64,000 nucleotides of DNA from NCBI RefSeq assembly GCF_009914755.1, contig NC_060947.1. One strand, 5' to 3'. The DNA comes from the human T2T-CHM13v2.0 reference genome, Homo sapiens. Under the pieces are notes generated by a model that made no database searches, had not been told where the DNA came from, and was given only the letters and a program-made list of their open reading frames with translations. Below, piece after piece: positions 13,001-25,000 of this stretch (positions are counted from its first letter, which is position 1; each line of letters begins with the position of its first letter). The translations under genes and the position numbers were made by a program.

Positions 13001-16000
13001 CTTCAGAGATACTAAGAAAAAAGTGTTTTCAAACTGCTGAATGAAAAAATGGTTTAACTCTATGAGAAGAATGCACACATCATAAGTCAGTTTCTCAGAT
13101 AACATGCTTCTAGTTTTTATCCTGGGATATTCCCTTTTTCACCTTTGGCCTCAATGAGCTCCCAAATGTCCATTCACAGAATGGACAAAAACAGTTTTAT
13201 GAAACTGCTGAATCCAAAGAAAGGTTTTACTCTATGAGATGAATGCATACATCTCAAAGCAGTTTCTCAGAGAGCTTCCTTTTAGTTTTTATAATGAGAT
13301 ATTTGGTTTTTCACCTTTTGCCATGATGAGTTCCCAAATTTCCATTCACAGAATGGACAAAAACAGTGTTACCAAACTGCTGAATCCAAAGAAAAGCGGA
13401 AATCTGTGAGAAGAATGAACACATCCTGAAGCAGTTTCTCAGAAAAGTTCTTTCAGTTTTTACCTGAATAGATTCTCTTTTTCACCATAGTCCTCGATGT
13501 GCTCCCAAATATCCTTTCACAGATTCTACAAAAACAATGTTTCCAAACTGCTGAATGAAAAGAAAGCTTTAACTCTGCGAGGTGAATTCACACAACACAG
13601 AGCAGTTTCTCAGATATCTTCCTTTCACTTTTTGTCCTGAGATATTCACCTTTTCTCCTTTGGCCTCAATGAGCTCCCAAATGTCCATTCACAGAACGGA
13701 GAAAAACAGTTTTATGAAACTGCTGAATCCACAGAAAGGTTTTACTCTATGAGCTGAATGCATATATCTCAAAGCAGTTTCTCAGATAGCTTCCTTTTAA
13801 TTTTTATAATGGGATATTTTCTTTTTCACCTTTTGCCATGATGAGTTCCCAAATTTCCATTCACAGAATGAACAAAAACAGTGTTATCAAACTGCTGAAT
13901 CCAAAGAAAGGCTGAACTCTGTGAGATGAATGAACACATCACAAAGCAGTTTCTCAGAAAGCCGCTTTCTAGTTTTTATCTGAAGATACTTCCTTTTTCA
14001 CAATAGGCTTCAATGCATTTGAAATATCCCTTCACATATTCTACAAAAACAGTGTTTCCAAACTGCTTAATATAAAGAAAGGTTTAATTCTGTGAGACGA
14101 AAGCACACAACACAAATAAGTTTCTCCGATAACTTGCTTGTAGTTTTTATCCTGGGATATTCACTTTTTCGCCATTGGCCTCAATGGGATCCCAACTGTC
14201 CATTTGCAGAATGAACAAAAACAGTGTTTCCAAACAGCTGAATCCAAAGAAACGTTTAACTCTTTAAGACGAATGAACACATAACAAAGCAGTTTCTGAG
14301 ATAGCTTCTTTCTAGTTTTTAATGAATATATTCCTTTTTCATCATAGTCCTCAATGCGATCCCAAATATCCCTTTGCATATTCTACAAAAACAATGTTTC
14401 CAAATGCTAAATGAAAAGAAAGCTTTAAATCTGCGAGATGAATGCACACAACACAGAGCAGTTTCTCAGATATCTTCTTGGTAGTTTTTATCATGGTATT
14501 CCTTTTTTCGCTTTTGGCCTCAATGAGCTCCAAAATGTCCATTCTCAAAGTGGACAAAAACAGTGTTATTATACTGCTGAATCCAAATAAAGGTTTAATT
14601 CTGGGAGATGTATGAACACATCACAAAGCAGTTTCTCAGAAAGCTGTTTCTAGTTTTAATATGAAGATATTTCCTTTTTCACCATGGGCCTTAATGCACT
14701 GCCAAATATCCCTTTGCAGATGCTACAAATACAGTGTTTTGAAACTGCTTCAATGAAAAGAAAGGTTTAACACTGTGAGATGAATGCATACATCACAAAG
14801 CAGTATCTCAGAGAGGTTCCTTCTAGTTTTTATCCTGGGATATTTGCTTTTTCACCTTTGGCCTCAAAGAGCTTCCAAATGTCCACTTGCAGAATGGAAT
14901 AAAGCAGTGTTATCAAACTGCTGAATCCAAAGAAGGTTTAATTTTGGGAGATGAATAGACACATCGCAAAGCAGTTTCTCAGAGAGATTCTTTCTAGTTT
15001 TTGTCTGAAGATATTTCCTTTTTCACCAAGATTTCAATGTGCTCCCAAATATCACAAAACAATGATTCTGAACTGCTGAGTGAAAAGAAAAGTTGAACTC
15101 TGCGAGATGAATGCACACAACACAGAGCAGTTGCTTAGATATCTTCCTTCTAGTTTTTATCCAGGGATATTTGCTTTTTTGCCTTTGGCCTCAATGAGCT
15201 CCCAAATGTCCATTCACAGAATGGACAAAAACACTGTTACCAAACTTCTGAATCCAAAGAAAGGTTTTATTCTGTGAGATGAATGCTCACACTCCAAAGC
15301 ACTTTCTTGTTAAACTTCTTTCTAGTTTTTATCTGAAGATATTTCCTTTTTCACTACAGGCCTCGATGCGCTGCCAAATATCCCTTTGCAGATTGTACGA
15401 AAAAAGTGTTTCCAAACTGCTGAATGAAAAGAAGTGCTTAACTGTGAGAGATGAATGCACACATCCCAAATCGGTTTCTCAGATAATGTGCTTGCAGTTT
15501 TTTTCCTGGGTATTCGATTTTTCACCATTGGCCTCATTGGTCTCCCAAATGTCCATTAGCAGAATGGACAAAAACAGTGTATATAAAGTGCTGAATCCAA
15601 AGAATGGTTTAACTCTCTGAGATGAATAACCACAACAAAAAGTAGCCTCTCAGAAAGGTTCTTTCTGAGATATATTTGTATCTGAATATGCTTCCTTTTT
15701 CACCATAGGCCTCATTGCACTACCAAATATCACTTTGCAAATTCTAAGAAAACAGTGTTACCAAACAGCTGCATGAAAGGAAAGGTTTAACTCTGTGAGA
15801 TGAATGCAGACATCACAAAGCGTCTTCTCAGAGAGCTTTCTTCTAGTTTTTAATCCTAGGATATTTGCTTTTTCGACACTGGCCTCAATGAGCTCCCAAA
15901 TGTCCATTAGCTGAGGGGACAAAAACAGTGTTTCCAAACTGCTAAATCCAAAGAAATGCTTAACTCTGTGAGCTGAATGCACAGATCCCAAAGCAGTTTG

Positions 16001-19000
16001 TCATTAAGCTTCTTTCCAGTTTCTATCTGAAGATATTTCATTTTTCAACATAGGCCTCAATTCGCTACAAATATCAGTTTGCAGATTCTAAGAAAACAGT
16101 GTTTCCAAACTGCTGAATGAAAAGGAAGATTTAACATTGTTAGAAGAATGCACACATCACAAATAGCTTTCTCAGATTACTTCCTTCTAGTTTCTATCCT
16201 GGGATATTCACTTTTTTGCCATTGGCCTCAATGAGCTCCTAAATGTCCATTCACAGTATGGACAAAAACAGTGTTTCCAAACTGCTGAATTGAAAGAAAG
16301 GTTTAACTCTGTGAGATGAATGAACATATCCCAAAGCAGTTTCCCAGAAAGCTTCTTTCTTGTTTTTATCTGAAGACATATCCTTTTTCACCATAGGCCT
16401 CAATGCACTTCCAAATATCCCTTCACATATTCTACAAAAGGAGTGTTTCTAAACTGCAGAATGAAAAGAAAGGTTTAACTCTGTGAGACGAATGCACACA
16501 TAACAAATCAGTTTCTCAGATAACGTGCTTGTAGTTTTCATCTTGGGATATTTGCTTTTTTGCCATTGCCCTCAAAGGGTTCTCAAATGTCCATTGGTGG
16601 AAAGGTCAAAAAAAGTGTAAATAAACTGCTGAAAACAAAGAAAGATTTAACTCTGTGAGATGAACCCCCTCATCTAAAAGTAGTCTCTCAGAAATGTTCT
16701 TTCTAGTTTTTATCTAAAGACATTTCCTTTTTCACCATAGGCCTCATTGTGCTACCAAATGTCTCTTTGCAGATTCTAAGAAAACAGTGTTTCCAAACTG
16801 CTAAATGAAAAGAAAGTTTTATCTCTGCGAGATTAATGCATAACTAGATGAATGCATCTGGTTTTTATCCTGAGATATTTGCTTTTTCACCATTGGGATC
16901 AATGAGCCCCCAAATGTCCATTCACAGAATGGACAAAAACAGTGATACCAAACTGCTGAATCCAAAGAAAGTTGAAATCTGTGAGATGAGTGAACACATC
17001 ACAAAGCAGTTTCTCAGAAAGTTTCTTTCTAGTTTTTATCTGATGATATTGCCTCTTTCACAATTGGCCTCAATGCGCAGCCAAATATCCCTTCGCAGAT
17101 TCTACAAAAACAGTGTTTCCAAACTGCTGAATGAAAAGAAAGTTTTAACTCTGGGAGATGAATGCACACATCACAAAGTGGTTTCTCAGAGAGCTTCCTT
17201 CTAGTTTTTATCCTGGGATATTCTCTTTGTCACTATTGGCCTCAATGAGCTCACAAATATCCATTCCAGAATGGACAAAACCAGTGTTCCCAAACTGTTG
17301 AATCCAAAGAAATGTTTAACTCTGTGAGATGAATGCACAAATCCCACAGAAGTTTGTCATTAAGCTTCTTTCTAGTTTTTATCTGAAGATATATTGTTTT
17401 TTCACCGCAGGCCTCAATGCGCTACCAAATATCAGTTTGCAGATTCTAACAAAACAGTGTTTCAAAACTGCTGAATGAAAAGAAAATTTTAACTCTGTGG
17501 GATGAATGCACAACATCACAAATCGCTTTCTCAGATAACTTATTTCTAGTTGTCTTCATGGGATATTTGCTTTTTTGTCAATGGCCTCAATGAGCTCCCA
17601 AATGTCCATGAGCAGAATAGACAAAAAGAGTGTTTACCAACTGTTGAATCCAAAGAAAGCTTTAACTCTGTGAGATGAATGAACACATCACAAAGCAGGT
17701 ACTCAGAAAGCTTATTTCTAGTTTTTATCTGAAGACATATGATTTTTCACATTAGGCCTCAATGCGCTTCCAAATATCCCTTCACATATTCTACAAAAAG
17801 AGTGTTTCCAAGCTGCTGAATGAAAAGAAATGTTTAACTCTGTGAGATGAATGCACACATCACCAATCAGTTTCTCAGATAATGTGCTTGTAGTTTTTAT
17901 CCTGGGTTATCCGCTTTTACACTTTGGCCACAAGGGGCTCCCACTGGCAGTATGGATAAAAACAGGGTAAATAAACTGCTGAATCCAAAGGAAGGTTTAA
18001 CTCTATGAAAAGAATCCACACATCAAAAAGTAGTCTTTCAGAATAGATCTTTCTGTTTTTTATCTAAAGGTATTTCCTTTTTCACCATATGCCTCATTAT
18101 GCTTCCAAATATCTCTTTGCAGATTCTAAGAAAACAGTGTTTCCAACCTGCTGAATGAAAAGAAAGGTTTAACTCTGTGAGATAAATGCACACATCACAA
18201 ATCGGTTTCTCAGATAACTTCTTTCTAGTTTTTATCACGGGATATTTGCTTTTTTGCCATAGGCCACAAGGAGCTCCCAAATGTCGATTTGCAGAATGGA
18301 GAAAAACAGTGTTTCCAAACTGATGACTGCAAAGAAAGGTTTATCTCTGTAAGATGAATGAACACATCACAAAGCAGTTTCTCAGAAAGCTTCTTTCTAG
18401 TTTTTACCTGAACATATTCCCTTTTTCACCATAGGCCTCTGTGAACTCCCAAATATCCCTTGGCAGATTCTACAAAAACAATGTTTCCAAACTGCTGAAT
18501 GAAAAGAAAGGCTTAACACTGTGAGATGAATGCACACATCACACAGCATTTTCTCAGAGAGCTTCCTCCTAGTTTTTATCCTAGGATATTCACTTTTTTA
18601 ACGTTGGCCTCCATGAGCTCCCAAATGTCCATTCACAGAATGGGCAAAAACAGTGTTTCCAAACTGCTGAATCCAAACAAAAGTTTAACTCTGTGAGGTG
18701 AATGAACACATCACAAAGCAGTTTCTCAGAAAGTTTCTTTCTAGTTTGTATCTGAAGACATATTGTTTTTCACAATAGGCCTCAATATGCTTCCAAATAT
18801 CCCTTAAAACATTGTACAAAAAGAGTGTCTCCAAACTGCTGAATGAAAAGAAAGATTTAACTCTGTGAGATGAATGCTCACATCACAAATCAGTTTCTCA
18901 GATAAAGTGCTTGTAGCTTTTATACTGGGATATTCACTTTTTCACCATTGGCCTCAATAGGCTCCCAAATGTCCGTAGACAGAACGGACTAAAACAGTGT

Positions 19001-22000
19001 AAATACATTGTTGAATCTAAGGGAAAATTTAACTCCATGAGATGAATCCCCACATCAAAAAGTATTCTCTCAGAAAAGTACTTGCTAGTTTTTATCTAAA
19101 GATATTTCCTTTTTCACCATAGGCCTCATTGCACTACCAAATATCTATTCAAAGATTTTAAGAAAAAAGTGTTTACAAGTTGCTGAATGAAAAGAGAGGT
19201 TTAACTCTGCAAGATGAATGCATGCATCATAAAGCGGTTTCTCAGAGAGCTTCCTTCTAGTTTTTATCATGAGATATTCGCTTCTTGGCCATTGGGCTCA
19301 ATGAGCTCCCAAATGTCCATTCGCAGAATGGACAAAAATAGTGTTATCAAACTGCTGAATCCAAAGAAAGGTTGAACTCTGTGAGATGAATGAACACTTC
19401 CCAAAGCAGTTTCTCAGAAAGCTTCTTTCTAGTTTTTATCTGAATATATTTCCTTTTTCACCATAGGCCTCAATTCACTGCCAAATATCCCTTCACAGAT
19501 TCTATAAAAAAGGTGTTTCCAAAATGCTGAATGAAAAGCAAGTTTTAACTGTGTGCGGTGAATGCACACATCACAAAGCAGTTTCTCAGATATCTTCCTT
19601 CTAGTTTTTATCCTGGAATATTCTCTTTTTTGCCATTGGCCTCAGTGAGCTCCCAAATGTCCATTCACAGAATGGACAAAAACAGTGTTACCAAACTGCT
19701 GAATCCAAAGAAAAGTTTAACTCTGTGAGATGAATGCAGAGATCCCAAAGCAGTTTGTTTTTAAGCTCCTTTCTAGTTGTTATTTGAAGATATTTCATTT
19801 TTCACCATAGGCCTCAATGTGCTACCAAATATCAGTTCACACATTCTAAGAAAACAGTGTTTCAAAACAGCTGAATGAAAAGAAAAGTTCAACTCTGTGA
19901 GATGAATGCACACATCACAAATGGGTTTCTCCAATCACTTCTTTCTAGTTTATATCCTGGGATATTTGCTTTTTCGCCATTGGTCTCAATGAGCTCCCAA
20001 ATGTCCACGCGCAGAATGGACAAAAACAGTGTTTCCCAACTGCTGAATCCAAAGAAAGTTTTAACTCTGTGAGACGAATGAAGACATCATGAAACAGCTT
20101 CTCAGAAAACTTCTTTCTAGTTTTTATCTGAAGACATATCCTTTTTCATCATAGGTCTCAATGTGCTTCCAAATATCCTTTCACATATTCCAAAAAAGGA
20201 GTGTTTCCAAACTGCTTAATGAAAAGAAAGGTTTAACTCTGTGAGACCAAAGCACACATCACCAATCAGTTTCTCAGATACGTGCTTGTTTTTATCCTGG
20301 GACAGTTGCTTTTTCACCATTGGCCTCAATGGGCTCCCAAATGTTCATTGGCAGAGTGGTCAAAAACAGTGTAAATAAACTGCTCAATCCAAAGAAAGTC
20401 TCAACACTGTGAGATGAATCCCCACATCAAAAACTAGTCTCTCAGAAAGTTTCTTTCTAATTTATATCTGAAGATATTGCCTTTTTCACAGTAGGCCGCA
20501 TTGCACTACAAAATATCTCTTCGCAGATTCTAAGAAAACGGTGTTCAAAACTGCTGAATGAAGAAAAGTTTTAACTCTGTGAGATGAATGCATACATCAT
20601 AAGTTGGTTTCTCAGATATTGTTCTTCTAGTTTTATCCTGGGATGTTAACTTTTTCGCCTTTGGCCTCAATGAGCTCCCAAATGTCCAACCCATCACAAT
20701 GCAGTTCCTCAGAAAGCTTCTTTCTAGTTTTTATCTGAAGATATTTCGTTTTTCACAATAGGTCTCAAGAAGCTGCCAAATATTCCTTCACAGATTCTAC
20801 AAAAATAGTGCTTCCAAACTGTTGAATGAAAAAAAAGTTTTAACCCTGCAAGATGAATGCACACAACATGGAGCATTTTCTCAGATATCTTCCTTCTAGT
20901 TTTTATCCTTGGATATTCCCTTTTTCCTTATTGGCCTCAATGACATCTCAAATGTCCATTTGCAGAATGGGCAAAAACAGTTTTTCCAAATGGGTTAATC
21001 CAAAGAAAGGTTTAACTCTCTGAAATGAATGAAGAAATCACAAGGCAGTTTCTCAGAGAGCTTCCTTCTAATTTTTACCCCTGGATGTTTGCCATTGGCC
21101 TCAAAGAGCTCCCAAATGTCCATTCACAGAATGGACAAAAACAGTGTTACCCAACTGCTGAATCCAAAAAAATATTTAACTCTGTGATATGAATGAACCC
21201 AGCACAAAGCAGTTTCTCAGAAAGCTTTTTTGTTTTTATCTGAATATATTTCCTTTTTCACAACAGGCCTCAATGCGCTGCCTAATATCCCTTCTCTGAT
21301 TCTACAAAAACAGTGTTTCCAAACTGCTGAATGAAAAGAAAGGTTTAACTCTTTGAGATGAATGCACACATGACAAAGCTTTTTCTCAGATATCTTCCTT
21401 CTAATTTTTATCCTGGGATACTCACTCTTTTGCCATTGGACTCAATGAGCTCCCAAATGTCCATTCGCACAATGGACAAAAAGTGTTACCAAACTGCTGA
21501 ATTCAAAGAAAGGTTTAACATTGTGAGATGAAAGCACACTTCACAAAGCAGTTTCTCAAAAAGCTTCTTTCTAGTTTTTATCTGAATATGTTCCCTTTTT
21601 CACCATAGGACTCAATGCGCTCCCAAATATCCCATTGCAGATTCTACAACAACAATGATTCCAAATAGCTGAAAGAAAAGAAAGGCTTAACTCTTTGAGA
21701 TGAATGCACACATCACAAAGTTTTTTCTCAGATACCGTCCTTGTCTTTTTTATCCTGGGATACTGACTTTTTTGCCATTGGACTCAATGGGCTCCAAAAT
21801 GCCCATTCGCACAAAGGACAAAAACAGTGTTACCAAACTGTTGAATTCAAAGAAATGTTTAACAGTGTGAGATGAAAGCTGACGTCACAAAGCAGTCTCT
21901 CAGGGAGCTTCTTTCTAGTTTTTATCTGAAGATATATCCATTTTCACCATATGTCTCAATGCGCTGCCAAATATCCTTTCACATAGTCCATAAAAACAGT

Positions 22001-25000
22001 GTTTCCAAACTGCTGAATGAAACGACAGTTTTAACTCCATGAAATGAATACCCACATCAAAAAGTGGTTTCACATAGAGCTTCCCTCTAGTTTTTATCCT
22101 GGGATATTCGTTATTTTGCCATTGGCCTCAATGAGCTCCCAAGTGTCCATTCACAGAATGGACAAAAGCATTATTACCAAACTGCTGAATCCAAAGAAAG
22201 GTTTAACTCTGTGAGAGGAATGAACATATCAGAAAGCAGTTCCTCATTAAGCTTCTTTCTAGATTTTATCTGAAGATATTTCCTTTTTCAAAATAGGCCT
22301 CGAAGCACTGCCAAGTATCCCCTTGCAGACACTACAAAAACAGTGTTTCCAAACTGCTGAATGAAAAGAAATTTTTGACTGTGTGAGATGAATGCATACA
22401 TCACAAAGCGTTTTCTCAGAGTGCTTCCTTCTAGTTTTTATCCTGGAATGTTCACTTTTTCGCCCTTGGTCTCAATGAGCACCCAAATGTCCATTGGCAG
22501 AATAGAAAAAACAGTTTTACCAAATTTCTGAATGGAAAGAAAGCTTTAACTCCGAGATGAATCCACACATCAAAAAGTATTCTCTCATAAATATTATTTC
22601 TAGTATTTATCTGAAGATATTTATTTTTTCACCATAGGCCTCATTGTGCTACCAAATATTTATTCACAGATTCTAAGAAAACAGTGTTTCCAAACTGATG
22701 AATAAAAAGAAAGGTTTAACTCTGTGAGATGAATGCACACATCAGAAATCTTTTTTCAGGTAACGTGCCTCTAGGTTTTATCCTTGGATATTGACTTTTT
22801 TGCCATTGGCCTCAGTGATCTCCCAAGTATCCATTTGCAGAATGGACAAAAACAGTGTTTCCAAACTGGTGAAGCCAAAGAAAGTTTAACTCTCTAACAT
22901 GAATGAACACATCACAAAGCAATTTCTCAGAAAGCTTGTTTCCAGTTTTTATCTGAAGATGTTTCCTTTTTCATGATAGGCCTCAATGTGCTGCCAAATA
23001 GCCCTTCACAGATTCTACAAAAACAGTGTTTCCAAACTACTGAATGAAAAGAAAGGTTTAACTCTGTGAGATGAATGCACAAATCACAAACCATTTTCTC
23101 AGTTATGTTCCTTCTAGTTTTATCCTGGGATATTCACTTTTTCACCATTGGCCTCAATGACTTCCCAAATGTCCATTCACAGAATGGACAAAAACAGTGT
23201 TACGAAACTGCTGAATCCAAAGAAAAGTTTAACTCTGTGAGATGAATGCACACATCCCATAGCAGTTTCTCATTAAGCTTCTTTCTAGTTTTCATCTGTA
23301 GATATTTCCTTTTTCACCTTAGGCCTCAAATCGCTGCCAAATGTCTCTTTGCCAATTCTAAGAAAGCAACGTTTCCAAACTGCTGAATGAAAGGAAAGGT
23401 ATAACTCTTTGAGATGAGTGCACACATCACAAATCGGTTTCTCAGGTAACTTCCTGCTAGATTTTATCCTGGGATATTCACTTTTGCCATTGGACTAAAT
23501 GAGCTCTCAAATGTCCATTCACACAATGGACAAAAACAGTGTTACCAAACTGCTGAATCTAAATAAAGGTTTAACTCGGTGAGATCAAAGCACACTTCAA
23601 AAAGCAGTTTCTCAGAAAGCTTCTTTCTAGTTTTCATTTGAAGATATTTCGCTTTTCACCATAGGCCTCAATGCGCTGTCAAATATCCCTTTGCAGATTC
23701 TACAATAACAGTGTTTCCAATATGCTGAACGGAAAGACAGGTTTAACTATCCGAGATGAATGAACACATCACAAAGCAGTTTCTCAGATAAAGTGCTGCT
23801 AGTTTTCATCCTGGGATATTCCCTTTTTCGCCATTGGCCTCAATGAGTCCCAAAGTCCATTTACAGAATGTACAAAAACAGTGTTTCCAAACTGCTGAAT
23901 CCAAAGAAAGGTTTAACACTGTAAGATGAATGAACCCATCACAAAGCAGTTTCTCAGAAAGCTTCTTTCAAGTTTTTTCCTGAATATATTTCCTTTTTCA
24001 CCATAGGCCTCAATGCACTCCAAAATATCTCTTTGCAGATTCTATGAAAACAATGTTTACAAGCTGATGAATGAAAAGAAAGGTTTAACTCTGTGAGATG
24101 AATGCACACAACACAGAGCATTTTCTCAGATATCTTCCATCTGGATTTTATCCTGGGATATTGGCTTCTCTGCCATTGGCCTCAATGAGCTCCTAAATAT
24201 CCATTTGTAGAATGGACAAAAACAGTGTTTCCAAACTGCTGAATCCAAAGAAAGTTTTAACTCTGTAAGATGAATACACACATCCCCAAGCAGTTTCTCA
24301 TTAAGCTTCCTTCTACTTTTTATCTGAAGCAAATTCCTTTTTCCTGATAGGCCTCAATGCGCTACCAAATATCTCTTTCTTTGCAGATTCTGAGAAAACA
24401 GTATTTCCAAACTACTGAATGAAAATAAAGGTTTAACTCTGTGAGATGAATGCACACATCACAAATCGGTTTCTCAGATAATTTTCTTCTAGATTTTATC
24501 CTGGGGTATTCACTTTTGCCATTGGACTAAATGAGCTCCCAAATGTCCATTCACACAATGGACAAAAACAGTGTTACCAAACTGCTGAATCTAAAGAAAG
24601 GTTTAAATCTGTGGGATCAAAGCACACTTCAAAAAGCAGTTTCTCAGAAAGCTTCTTTCTAGTTTTCATCTGAAGATATTTTGCTTTCCACCATAGGCCT
24701 CAATATGCTCTTAAATATAGATTTTATCCTGGGATATTCACTTTTTTGCCATTGGCCTCAATGAGCTCCCAAATGTCCATTCACAGAATGGACAAAAACA
24801 GTGTTTCCAAACTGCTGAATCCAAAGAAAGCTTTACCTCTGTGAGATGAATGAACACATCACAAAGCAGTTTATCAGAAAGCTTCTTTCGAGTTTTTGTC
24901 TGAAGAAAATTCCTTTTTCACCATAGGCCTCAATGCACTCTCAAATATACCTTCACAGACTTTACAAAAACAGTGTTTCCAAACTGCTGGATGAAAAGAA

